Below are positions 26,401 to 39,256 of a stretch of 64,000 nucleotides of DNA, in pieces. Position numbers and translations under genes: made by a program. This DNA comes from Octopus bimaculoides (lineage: Eukaryota). The DNA is taken from NCBI RefSeq assembly GCF_001194135.2, contig NC_069000.1:13388301-13452300 (forward strand), read 5' to 3'. Position 1 is the stretch's first letter, and the number at the start of each line of letters is the position of its first letter. Below the pieces are notes generated by a model. That model searched no databases and had not been told where the DNA came from. It saw nothing but the letters and a program-made list of their open reading frames with translations.

Positions 26401-26928
26401 GTAGTAGTAGTGGTGGTGGTGGTGGTGGTGGTAGAAGAAGAAATCAATATCATCTACCTGGAAATTTCATTTATTTTTCTTTTCTCAGTTCTAGCTTTCA
26501 GCTTGGAAACCATGTTTTTTTTTGTGGGTTAATGTAGTTCTTGATGTAGTATTTAAAAACAAAATAGTACATGGTGGTCACAGCTGGAACACTTTTAATC
26601 AGAAGCGCACTCAGATCGGACTTGGAGCTAAAAAAAAAAACAACAACAACAGCAGCAACAGCAGCAGAAAGACCCAGCCTCACCAACGACACCCATCAAA
26701 AATATTTTCGGTGAACGCTCGCAAAATAGTATCAGTACAGACAAGTCACACATAAGCCAAAAAAATAAACTAACTGCAAAACATTTTCTGTATGGGTTCG
26801 ATTCCCGTAGTCGCCTNNNNNNNNNNNNNNNNNNNNNNNNNNNNNNNNNNNNNNNNNNNNNNNNNNNNNNNNNNNNNNNNNNNNNNNNNNNNNNNNNNNN
26901 NNNNNNNNNNNNNNNNNNNNNNNNNNNN

Positions 26929-27232
26929 ATAGCCTCGGGCCGACCAAAGCCTTGTGAGTGGATTTGGTAGACGGAAACTGAAAAGAAGCCCGTCGTATAT
27001 ATGTATATGTATATATGTATATGTATGTGTGTTTGTGTGTCTGTGTTTGTCCCCCCACCATCGCTTGACAACCGATGATGGTGTGTTTACGTCCCCGTAA
27101 CTTAGCGGTTCGGCAAACGAGATCGATAGAATAAGTACTAGGCTTCCAAAGAGTAAGTCCTGGGGTCGATTTGCTCGACTAAAGGCGGTGCTCCAGCTTG
27201 GCCGCAGTCAAATGACTGAAACAAGTAAAATA
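26929..27232 (+). mobile_element. SINE type A (5' part lost in gap)
   Basis: atagcctcgggccgaccaaagccttgtgagtggatttggtagacgg...gcggtgctccagcttggccgcagtcaaatgactgaaacaagtaaaa. Confidence 0.93.
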
Positions 27233-30200
27233 CCAAATACATTCGGCTCTTTTAAAGTTTCTTCATAAAATGCTGTTGCATTCCAATAGCTATTATTTAG
27301 CTTTAAAATTGACTGCAACTGCTATTGGCGGATTTTGGCTTAATGGTAAAGTATCCAGCCGATACTTCAATGCTTTGGGTTCGACACCTCTAGCTTCCTG
27401 GTGGTATTTTAAACTTTTCGTCTTTTAAGAGTGAACAAAAAATATATATACATCCAATCTTTCTGCTGTTTTCACAGCTATGCTGCGTTCGAAATCTACT
27501 TCCATCTCAGTAAAATCCTATATAGAGTTTTTTTGCAGTATCAGTAACATCGATAACGCGCTTATCACACCATATTAAGTGTAAACAATTTCATATAACA
27601 TTCCTGCGCAAAAACACGCAGCATGTAGCGGACATTTTGACGCTTATTGTTTACCTCAAATAGATCTTGTCAAAATATAAATCGGCATTTCACGAATTTT
27701 CAACTTTTCAAGCGCCACTCTGTATGTGTTTGTGCATATNNNNNNNNNNNNNNNNNNNNNNNNNNNNNNNNNNNNNNNNNNNNNNNNNNNNNNNNNNNNN
27801 NNNNNNNNNNNNNNNNNNNNNNNNNNNNNNNNNNNNNNNNNNNNNNNNNNNNNNNNNNNNNNNNNNNNNNNNNNNNNNNNNNNNNNNNNNNNNNNNNNNN
27901 NNNNNNNNNNNNNNNNNNNNNNNNNNNNNNNNNNNNNNNCACACACACACACACACACACACACACAAATACACAAACACACATATATGTATGTGTGTAT
28001 GTATGTATGTATGTATGTATGTATGTATGTATGACACGAGCTTAGCTTCCGCATAGTCTTCTCAACCAAATTTCTCCAACTCGAGGCTGTAGTGGAAGAT
28101 ATTTGCCCTTTGTTTAGAACTGTGGGTTCGAACAAAGAACCACACGCTATACGAATTTCTTAACCACGGTTGAGCTTGAGCGCATCATACGACCCGTGAA
28201 TTCACGTATGGGTTTTAGCATGTGCTACAACTTGAAGTCGTCGCTTGTAAATAAATTTGAGTCATCCAAGTATGAGATTGTTTGTGCTTGTAGTTAGGTT
28301 TTATTCACCAATATTTTTCATAGAATCAAAACTTGGCATAATAGTACAGAATTTGTTTTAAAATATTCCTCTCCTTATTTCCCCTACGACTACTCCTCTA
28401 CCTCGTCTAGAGGTTTTCCTTTTCTTCATAAACTACATCTTTTGCTGCGATAGTGTTGATTTCCATTTAGGTAACTCAGATACAATGTAATACATATATA
28501 TATATATATATATATATAGTGACTTAAGCAGTCATTGGTGACGTATAGTGTCAAATATCCTTCAGTAATAATCATGTGTCATGCTAAGGGTTTCTCGTTT
28601 TTATTAGCTTTATTCAATAAATTTTCTCATTCTCTCAATAACTGTTCTTTTACTAACATACATTCTGCTTTCGAAATTCCTTATTCACTCTGTTAAAATG
28701 TTACTACTTCCGACATAAACAGCCACCCTGTTGAATAGTACAGACATAAGAGTTCAGTATGCTGTTGGTAAACATGTTATTGGGGGCTACAATTTTTGTT
28801 TAGTTCTAATGTTCTATATTCTTGATATTCTTTTTTCAAGGAATCAATATTGTTTTCCTATCTAGTAACTAATCAAGTATTCATTATGAATTGTTTCTTA
28901 ATTTATCGAATGCTGTTTAACACAGATGCATGAATACAGCTCATCAATTCCCTTCTCCTAGCAGTCTTTGTTACATTACTGTATTGTCCGTTAGTAATGC
29001 TGGGTCATGCTTGGAATATCACTGCAGTTTTCTCATCCCTTTTCCTTCTTCTAATACGTTCCATTGATTATACTGCTTGTTTTCGTTCTATATTTTATTC
29101 TAAAATGTTTTGATTTCTGTTGATGTTTATGTACATGTTTTTGTGTATGGATATGTCTAGAGAAGCTTTTGGAACATTTTTTTAACTAACATATTCTCAG
29201 AAAAGAAACTCTCACGCTCTTCGATGCGTCTTATCCGGCATGACTTTACTAACATGATTTTTTAAAGTTTTCCATGATATTTTATCTATTGCTTCGTTAC
29301 CATCTTTTAAACATTTTTTTTTTGTATCAGACTACTCGTTTTCTATTTGGTTAAGTAAGAAAATGTATTTTACCCATTTTATTCCAATTGATTATTATAC
29401 ATTGTTTCCACTATTTTTTTTTTATTAGTAGATTTCGTTGAAGATGATCTCACCCCATTAGAATAAACCCTATTCCTGTTAATTCTCCTATTCAATAAAT
29501 TAGATCATTTAAGCGGCTGAGTTTTGTGTGTGTGTGTGTTTGATTTTTACTAGTTTTTTTAACTTGTATGTTTAACATGAGTCTTCAATTTAGCTACAAG
29601 ATCTTGGAGAAGTTACATATTTATACTGTATACCTTATTAAAGCTACAGCTTTACCTTTTTACCGTAAGAGAACATTTTCTGCACGGTATCTGCAGTGAA
29701 TTTGTCTTTTAGCAGTTAAAATATGTCACAAACATATTTCAACTAACCTAAAGTTTGCATATTTCTCCTTAGTGTCGCAGCCCTTCAGTTTTTTTATAAA
29801 CCCTGTAAAAGAATTCGGAAGGTTGAGCCTCCAACTAGGCCTTTCGCTACAACCTTATAGCCAGGAGCTAAAGCCAGCGCCCTCTGAAATGGGATAATGG
29901 GATATTTCACTATGAGATTATCATGCTAAACCTGGCGTAACCAGATGATTTCAAAGTCGTGACGGGAAACAGTTGCCCTTGATACAAAACAAGATATAAT
30001 ACAAGGAATTAGGTGAGTTAGCGAACTTCGGTGACAGGTAGAGTGTGGCAAAGGAAGAGGACAGATGTTAATATTCTTATATATTTTCATTATTATTCAG
30101 TTTCATTTAAGTATTACTTATTGAATCGAGAAGGTCTATATTAAGCAATCAGCGTCTACAGCAAAATCGTAATAGATATTGCTAATCAACATTGCAGTGT

Positions 30201-31949
30201 TCCCATAATACAGTTTTTATTACCACATAAACTTAACAAAAACAACAATATTAGTAATAATTCGAAAATTTTCTGTAATTTCCCGAAGATGAATAATACT
30301 ATCTTTGAATTTATAGCTCAATATTGTGAGATTTCAAGCAATAATATTTTATAACTCAGTCTCATAATTAAGAATTCTGCTGTTATAAAATTACTCACTC
30401 TTCGAACTGTCCTGATTTTTCACTTTTAACAGTCAATAGAGATGTAATCTCGTGCAATTATGCCTGATGAAACAGCAACGTAAAATATGTTTTACATTGC
30501 ATAAAATGGCAACCAATACACCAATAGGGAAGATTAATATTTCATGATATCATAAAAAAAGAACGTAATTAACTTTTAGCTATTAGGTAAAGAAGGAAAA
30601 GCAAACAAGTTGAACTGACTGGTACGGAGTTCGACTCTAATTCAGATTTTCATTGTTTTCTTCTTTGAAAAATGTTTTGCTTTATGTATTACTTTACTTC
30701 ATTAAATCTGACACAAGTTTCTTATAAGGCATCTAAATATATAGATCATTGTTGTTACCTCTAGAATTAATTTAATCACTTTTAATTTATTTTATTACAC
30801 TAACATTCTAGAAAAGTTTCACCGTAGACGGAATTCAATCCTTTATCTTAATTGCTGGACCGTACTCTACCATGGCTAGAACATGTGGCTGTAACAAATA
30901 AACGCGTAAAAAAGTAAGATTATTTGATTAGCAAAATTTAAACGGTAAACTCTCAGTAAGTTTAATTCTTTATATATAGCTTCGGGTTGGTCAGAAGAGC
31001 ATCGACCATAGCATTCGGAGGATTTCCAGGACTGTTGAGAAAGATGGAAGAAAGACCAAACCATCACCATCGGTTACGGCTAACTCCTTAAATTTGAAAT
31101 CTTCTGAAGATGTCTATTAAGAATTCGATGGTCACAGGTGAATCTGACAGAAAATACAGAGGCCTCGGAAATGATAAATTGTTCTAGTAAACACGATATA
31201 TATATATTGTATGTATGCATGTATGTATGTATGTATGTATGTATATATGTACATGAAGGCTTTTTGTAGCTCTTAGCGGCTAAGTATTTGCCACATATTA
31301 GTGGTTATATCTAAAAATCACTAACACAATAGAACGCAGTTTATTCGAAATCTATTTGCAGAACTACAGGATTTTCTGTTTTACACAGATGGTCATAAAT
31401 ATGATATTATAAAACAGACAATATGATTCTACATAGAAAATATCAGTAATAATATTATCAAACTAGAATCTGCCTTCAATAGACAATCATATCATCAAAA
31501 ATCCGCTTAAAAAATACAACATTGTAAAAATTAATAATTCAAGGTTTTCTCTTGTTAGGAATAAAACATAACAATGAACATGCCATTCTTAAAATGACTA
31601 TCTCAATGTAATTACCGCTATAAAATGCAAGGAAGCCACATAATAGTCATCTTGTTAATAAATTAAAATCGATAATAAAGTTTCGTTTACAAAATAAAGT
31701 AAAAAAATATCTGTAATTTAGGTGACGAGACCCTCTATATATTCTCACAAAATCTCAGATAATTAGGCCGTTAATTATCTACTGATTACTACATGATTGT
31801 ATGCCTTACTTGTCAATAGATTTTAATGATTATCCTCATTCTTTATTCTTATTCAATTTCTCTTCTCAGTGATTAAAACAGAAACTTCCGGTCGAAAGAA
31901 CCGCCATTTTGATATTACAAAATAGAGTAATAATAATAATATTGATAAG

Positions 31950-32140
31950 ATTAAATTGCTTCTAATGTAGTCAGAGGGCCTGAAATTTGATGAGGGACGA
32001 GTCTAATCAATTACAGGAACCCCAGTACTGGACTGGTATTTATTTTATCGACACCCGAAGGGATAACAGTCGAAGTTGAATAAGGCAATACTTGAACTCA
32101 GACCGTAAAGAGCAGACAGAAATACTTTGCGCTAACCATT
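31950..32140 (-). mobile_element. SINE type B, decayed
   Basis: Reverse complement contains tctgagttcaag...ttcgggtgtcgataaaataaataccagt...aaatttcaggccct. Confidence 0.65.
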
Positions 32141-32149
32141 TCGACTCTT

Positions 32150-32300
32150 TGCTTTTTGAATTCAAAATACTGTCGAGGTTTACTTTACCTTTCATCCTTT
32201 CTGGGTCGAGAAAACATGTACCAGTTGAGCAATGGGGTCGGTGTAATTGCCTTTCCTTTCCCCTCAAAATTACTGGCCTCGTACCAAAAAATATTATTAC

Positions 32301-32352
<52 letters not shown>
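32150..32352 (+). mobile_element. SINE type B 3' part with (ATT)n tail
   Basis: tttacctttcatcctttctgggtcgaga...gtaccagttgagcaatggggtc...aaaattactggcctcgtacc. Confidence 0.75.
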
Positions 32353-32572
32353 GTTCAGTAGTTTTATTTTTATAACGTGCTTTCACTTCACTACCAAGCG
32401 CAGCTCTGTGCGCCTTGGGTATGTGCTGTGGTTTGCTGTGGTGCTCTTATGTTTACTGTATTGAAAGTGTTTTGCGTAGAATGTGTGCAGTACCCAGTAG
32501 TGCAATTTTCTGTATGTTATATATATTTGTAAGTCCTGGTGTTTTTGTTATGTATTTGTCTGAATATTTTTT
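32353..32572 (-). mobile_element. R4/Dong-like extreme 3' fragment between two TAA tracts
   Basis: KYSDKYITKTPGLTNIYNIQKIALLGTAHILRKTLSIQ* plus 3' UTR; ATT repeats on both sides. Confidence 0.88.
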
Positions 32573-32609
32573 TTTATTATTATTATTGGTATTATTATTA
32601 TTATCATTA

Positions 32610-33030
32610 GGCGCAGGAGTGGCTGTGTGGTAAGAAGCTTGATTACCAACCACATGGTTCCGAGTTCAGTCCCACTGCGTGGCACCTTGGGCAAGTGTCT
32701 TCTCCTATAGCCTCGGTCGACCAAAGCCTTGTGAGTGGATTTGGTAGATGGAAACTGAAAGAAGACCGTCGTTTCTTTGTGCGTGCATGTGTGTGTGTGT
32801 ATGTGTGTGTGTGTGTGGTGTGTGTGTTTGTGTGCCAATTTGTCTGTCTCCCACCACCGCTTGACAACTTGTGTTGGTGTGCTTAGGTCCCAGTAACTTA
32901 GCGGTTCGGCAAAAGAGATCAAGAGAAAGAATAAGTGCCAGGTTTAAACAATACAAAATACTAAGATCGATTCACTCGACTAAAATTCTTTATGGCCTTA
33001 GTCTAAGGCCAAATAAAAGAATAAGAGAAA
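32610..33030 (+). mobile_element. SINE type A, near full length
   Basis: ggcgcaggagtggctgtgtggtaagaagcttg...internal (TG)n...gtaacttagcggttcggcaaaagaga. Confidence 0.93.
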
Positions 33031-34802
33031 TAAAATAAAAGAATAAGAGAAAAGAAGAATGCGCATATGTACACTTCGTTCCTCTATTTAGTTTGCATGA
33101 TCCTTGATGTGAATTCGTATGCTGAAATACAGAATGCAAGACAATTAGAAACACCAGCAACATGCCATAAATAAGTGGCCACCAGTACTTCGCTATTTAT
33201 CCATATATCACCATTACCTACAGAGAAAAAACAAAAGCTAGAGGGGTTTTTGTGTATTGTTTTAAAGAAAAAACTGTGCTACTCTTACTCACACAAACAT
33301 GCGTAATCGAAAATTGCACGTGCCTACAACTCATGTGACATTTAGCACGGATAAGTTGATGACAACAAATGTTATTTCCGTGAAGAACACAAGAAAAAAG
33401 AAAATACATTGTCTCAAATCACCTTTATATATTTTGTTTTTCTTGAGTTCTTTTCGGAAATAATATATATATATACAGAGAGAGAGAATAATTCAAGTAA
33501 ACATATAAAACCTTCGCTTTGGCTTTGTGTGTGTGTTTGAAGCAAAAATATTTCAATTATTTTAGCTAGGCAAGAACAAAAAATATCGTCCTCATTAAAG
33601 AAGCTACTGTGATACATGCATACAAAATTACAACAATTATACTTAATTGAATACAACAACGTGGACAAGTGAAAAGTCTCTTGTGTCGGATCAGTCATCG
33701 ATTTAGAAAGTCAGAAATAAAATAATGTTGATATTGTCAACTGATGATATATGTTGAAGTCATCCTCTGAACGGTGAACAAACGGCTTCAAACTATACAA
33801 TTTGCTGCTTCTTCCATGCCTTGCTGCCATTTAATCATGGCTATAGAGAAAATAATTACGATACTTTCACAATTATGAAGTAGCATCGTACTTTTCGCTT
33901 TTTGTCTTGCTTGTTAATACTACTTTATCTTCTAATGGAGGTGGATTTGATTGTAAGGTATAGTGATGGATAAATTGCATTGCAACTTATTAGTAGTTGT
34001 GAGTCATTACATCCTGAGTTCTGAGTTCAAATCTCGCTCAAGTTGACTTTGCCTTTTATATATATAGTAGCACTGAATCGCTGGCGCCAATATAAGTGAC
34101 ATTGGATGGAAACTAGGTAATATATAACTCACAGTGGAAATATTCAAACATTTCGCCACAATGTAAAAGCTTGTAAAACGTTTTAATAAATTCTACCATT
34201 TTACAATATAGTAGAAGACACTTGCCCCAGGCAGCACGTGGCAAGACTGAACCCGGTTCCATGTGGCTGGGAAGTAAATTTCTAACCACACATCCACATC
34301 TGCACCTATACGTGTGAGTTTGTCTGTTTAGGTATCTCGCTGTTTATACAAACGTGGCTGCGCACATACGCATGCACACGTACAAACACTCTAAAGATGA
34401 TTGCAAATCTTGTTATCTGATTCTATATGTCTATACCTGATAACTGTGACAGCAATTCTGGTCTTGATTAGTATTATATTTCTACAATTCATTTTTTTGT
34501 ATATTTATATATTTCATTTCTTATCGATCTAATGCGGGTAAAATCGCGTGAATAGTTGAACTATCGATTTCACAAAACTACTAACAAGTTAATCATTTTG
34601 AGCAACTTTATAATAAAGCTATCCAGGAAGTTAATTCATTTTGATTGACTGAAACTGGTAACAAAACAAAAACAAAAACAAACAAAAAAATAGAAAAAGA
34701 AAAAAAAAACAAGAAATCTTCAGATTAACTTTAATGCTTCAGGAGGCTTTCAAAAATGAATTGATTATATTTGTTTGCAATAAAAAAAATTTAGCAGGTC
34801 CA

Positions 34803-34876
<74 letters not shown>

Positions 34877-35283
34877 ATAATAAATAATAAAGAAAAATAA
34901 TAAAGAAATAATACTAATAGTAATAATGATAATAAATGACAACAACTACAACAACACTTTCATTTATTTTGCCAACAGGATCCTTTCGTGTAGACAATAT
35001 TCAAAAAGTAAAATGCAAAATGCGTGTGGATGTGTACATACAAATATATTTAAAGATAAAGCCTAAGACAACAAAGGGATATAAGCTTATTAATTACGAA
35101 AATAAGCGAAAATGCAAATACACACACGCGCGCACGCATATATATTTGTCATATGGTATCAACAATATATATATTTAGGAGGTTATGAGAGGTAATGGTG
35201 TCAGTAAGATCCAAAGGTGTCAGGGTTAGGGTTATGCTGAGCTGAAAGACCTTCTATTTATAAATGTTCTAAAATCTTCACAG

Positions 35284-35560
35284 CCGAACAGTTCGCAGCG
35301 TTGGAGAGCATGGAGATTATAGTTGTAGTTGAGAAATGGTTAGCTGATATGGATCACTGGAAGCCAACTGAATATTTGAAAAGAATTTCCGACAACATGA
35401 CTGCTGTTCAATGCTCTGGGAACACCGTAAAAGATGTAAGATGCGACATGGACATCCTGAAAACCAAGTTACCCCAAAGTTTGATGTACTTTGGGTGCGT
35501 CTACTGGAAACTGTGGTCAATCCCTGGCTGGAGAAAGTTGTTGCTGGAATGCAATATGTG
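35284..35560 (+). other. Coding-like segment: decayed LINE APE endonuclease fragment or host exon (unresolved)
   Basis: EQFAALESMEIIVVVEKWL...ISDNMTAVQC...YFGCVYW resembles the APE motifs IIxxxETWL and GxxYR; it also has acceptor cttcacag and donor GAT|gtaaga (35284-35435). Confidence 0.35.
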
Positions 35561-36934
35561 TAGAATGCAATATGCGTGAGAATAAACGCGCGCGCACACG
35601 TATGTATGTATGTATGTATGTAGAGTGATGTTCTCGCATCACAGCTCTTCAAAACAGACATTGATATCAAAATCCCCTCTGTTGGGGGTAGCACCAGAGA
35701 AAAGAAGGATGTTTCTCAAATTGAACTCTTCATTCGTTCTTGAGGTAAGAACATGTGCGTATGTGTGTGTATGTTCTAACCGCTCTTGATGTTGTTATAA
35801 TATTTAAATCATTTAGATATTTCAAAATTAAGTTTTTCTGTCAGAAATCATTATGTGTTTTTTGATGGGGAGGAAATAAATGTATCCTGTTTACATATTA
35901 AATTTATTCTGAAAACATATTTGTCAGTTAAAGCTTTTTGGTTTTGGTTTTTATGGGATAGTGTGTGTGTGTGTGTGTGTGTTTGCGCGTGGAGTTTTAA
36001 ACGGTGAAATCTTTCTTTTTTACGAGAGGTAAAAATTCGTTCTTTTTTTACGAGTGGTAAAGAAGAAATTTTTCTTTACAAATTTTAGACTTAAATGTGA
36101 AAGAATTGATGCTAACAATTTTGTTCTTGCGTCTTCCGAATTTAAAAATAAAAGAAAGATTTTCACTCAGTNNNNNNNNNNNNNNNNNNNNNNNNNNNNN
36201 NNNNNNNNNNNNNNNNNNNNNNNNNNNNNNNNNNNNNNNNNNNNNNNNNNNNNNNNNNNNNNNNNNNNNNNNNNNNNNNNNNNNNNNNNNNNNNNNNNNN
36301 NNNNNNNNNNNNNNNNNNNNNNNNNNNNNNNNNNNNNNNNNNNNNNNNNNNNNNNNNNNNNNNNNNNNNNNNNNNNNNNNNNNNNNNNNNNNNNNNNNNN
36401 NNNNNNNNNNNNNNNNNNNNNNNNNNNNNNNNNNNNNNNNNNNNNNNNNNNNNNNNNNNNNNNNNNNNNNNNNNNNNNNNNNNNNNNNNNNNNNNNNNNN
36501 NNNNNNNNNNNNNNNNNNNNNNNNNNNNNNNNNNNNNNNNNNNNNNNNNNNNNNNNNNNNNNNNNNNNNNNNNNNNNNNNNNNNNNNNNNNNNNNNNNNN
36601 NNNNNNNTATATATATGAAAAGTATTGCAATACAAATGTATTACTTTCCAGTAAAATAAAACACCGTAAAAGGTAGAAGTATAAATATAAAGTAGTGGTA
36701 CAACAAAGCACCAATGTTTACTGGAAATAGCAGTTGATACATTTACGACGCTATAGTAAAAATTTTTATGTTTATATACTGGCAAAGACGTGTGAGGGCA
36801 GCAAACATAAAACATTTTGTCTTATACATACATACATACATACATACATACATACATACATACATACATACGTACATACATACATACATACATACATACA
36901 TACATACATACATACATACATACATGCATACATA

Positions 36935-37050
36935 TGGCGATTTGTTTTCCTCCGTCTTCCTTTTCTCTTAGACTTTCCTCTGTCTCCTGTTTCTGAAGAA
37001 GACCTTTTCTCGAAACGTAATACAACTTTTCTTTCCTTCCCTGACTTTCA
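36935..37050 (+). mobile_element. Short Penelope-type terminal element with hammerhead-like motif, copy 3
   Basis: TGTTT-CTGAAGA-A-GACC-TTT-TCTC-GAAA-C-GTA-ATACA; same subfamily as 16630-16770. Confidence 0.68.
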
Positions 37051-37055
37051 TTTAA

Positions 37056-37262
37056 CCCTTTAGTGTTTAAACTGGCCATATCAGGCCCAATATATTCTAC
37101 ATTGGGCGATATCTAGCCTCTCACACCTAATCTACATTGACATTCTAAAAATAAACAATCACATCATTGAAACCTCAAAGCTATAAGATAATGCATGATT
37201 AATTCAAAACAATTTGAGTGAAAAAGTATTACATTTAACAGAGTAATCTGAACACTAAAGGG
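37056..37262. mobile_element. piggyBac-like MITE, 207 bp
   Basis: TTAA on both sides (37052-37055, 37263-37266); perfect 12-bp TIR CCCTTTAGTGTT / AACACTAAAGGG; no ORF. Confidence 0.88.
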
Positions 37263-37696
37263 TTAATACAACCATGTCCTCGCGTTGTTGTTTTTTGCTN
37301 NNNNNNNNNNNNNNNNNNNNNNNNNNNNNNNNNNNNNNNNNNNNNNNNNNNNNNNNNNNNNNNNNNNNNNNNNNNNNNNNNNNNNNNNNNNNNNNNNNNN
37401 NNNNNNNNNNNNNNNNNNNNNNNNNNNNNNNNNNNNNNNNNNNNNNNNNNNNNNNNNNNNNNNNNNNNNNNNNNNNNNNNNNNNNNTATATATATATATA
37501 TATATATACATGTATATATATACACAGAAACACACACTAACACACACACACATATACATATATATATATATATATATATATTGTAGTCGCTAGGGTCGCA
37601 CTAGGATCACTCATTACGCCAACGAAACACACGCACTTTGTATATTTGCCTTCTTTTTGTTTTATTATTATTTTTTTTTTATTCGTCAATCAATTA

Positions 37697-37910
37697 AAAG
37701 GTGGTAAAAGGGTTGAATTGTTAGCATACCAGTTAAAATACTGTCCGGCACTTCTTCAGGCCTTTCGCTTTAAGCTTAAATTCCTCCGAGGTCTACTTTA
37801 CCTTTCAGTCTTTCAGCATCAATAAAATAAGTACAAGTTGAGCAAGGGGTCAATATAATCCGGTTAGACTTTTCCCCAAAACTTCAGGCCTTGTGCCTAT
37901 AATAGAATGG
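37697..37910 (+). mobile_element. SINE type B, diverged
   Basis: aaaggtggtaaaagggttgaattgttagc...ccgaggtctactttacc...ccccaaaacttcaggccttgtgcctataatagaa. Confidence 0.8.
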
Positions 37911-37976
37911 AAAACAACGTCAACCAATTAATTAATTAACTTATTTGCTAATCGTTTGATTGTCTTATTAACTCAC

Positions 37977-38054
37977 TCAATCAACAGGTTTCTTATCGGA
38001 GTTCTTCCATCACCATTTGCAACTTCATTAATAACATGCCCTCGTTTGACCAAG
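37977..38054 (-). CDS. Candidate exon LVKRGHVINEVANGDGRTPIRNLLI, loosely ankyrin-like
   Basis: Donor TGA|gtgagt, modest acceptor gtgatacag, 78 nt, symmetric phase 2; LxxxGxxxN...GRTP pattern. Confidence 0.28.
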
Positions 38055-38809
38055 CTGTATCACAGTATCAAACGCGTGTGTGGATACTTCTGTATGTATA
38101 TGTGGTTGTGTATAACTTGCCGTTTCTTTTATAAGGAATACATTTACATGAAAAATTGTTCATGGGTGTGCTATCGTTCTTGGGCATAAAGTTGTGTGTA
38201 CATAAAATAAACATATATATTTCCGGTGTAATATACCTGTTTCGGAATTCTTAGCAAATATAGGCTAGTTATTGGCAACAGCTTGATGTCACGGAATAAT
38301 CATGATCGTCAATAATAAATATGCTCAACTCAGCAGTTTCTTGATGTTTGTAAAGCCTATATAAAGCATATAAACCACCATAAACACATAAAACCTGCTG
38401 GTCATCTAACAACCAACTTACTAATTACCTTTACCTTATCTTTATCAACAACAAACTCATCGATCAAATATTCGCCCCCGTTGTTCATCTCTCCAATCTC
38501 ATTGCAGTATTATGCAATTTTAACGTCTTTATCACCTACTACATCACATTTCGTCATGGTTATCTGCAGTGGACTGCAAAAACAGCTAGGTCAATAAAAT
38601 GGCTGCTACCTTCGCTACTATTACGTACGTAGCTGTTGTCATACAATTTTAACTGTTTCTCATCTTGTTCGACGTTACACTACTATATTTCTACTTATCT
38701 TCCTAATACCTTAATATGAACAGAGAGGTTTATGTGACATATATATGTGTGTATATATGTGTGTGTGTGTATATATGTATATGTATATATATGTATGTAT
38801 ATATATATG

Positions 38810-38903
<94 letters not shown>

Positions 38904-39215
38904 CACACCCACACACATACACACACACAGAAAGATGCAATTCAAAATAATATATTTGAGTACACATATACGAAATATATAGCAAGATACCTTTGGACAA
39001 GTAAAACTTCTTTCACTATTATATTTCAATCTATGTATGTGTGTGTGTGTATGTGTGTGTATTTATGTGTGTATATATATACATATACATATATATATAT
39101 ACACACATATAAATATATATATACACATACATGTGTACTCATGTCTACTTTTATGTCGAGTCATAATAAAAACAACTTCAAATTAAACTGGATTACTCAA
39201 TAGGTATGCACATAC

Positions 39216-39249
<34 letters not shown>

Positions 39250-39256
39250 TTACATA

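Noticed and set aside
27327-27395. tRNA-like A and B boxes (tggcttaatgg, ggttcgacacc)
   Set aside because: No acceptor or anticodon stem pairing; a decayed SINE head or tRNA relic, not a tRNA gene.
28500-29750. Possible L1/Tx1-like remnant on the minus strand
   Set aside because: Only vague motif echoes amid many stops; not supportable.
30979-31137. Plus-strand segment between tatag and CAG|gtgaat
   Set aside because: All three frames contain stops; no homology.
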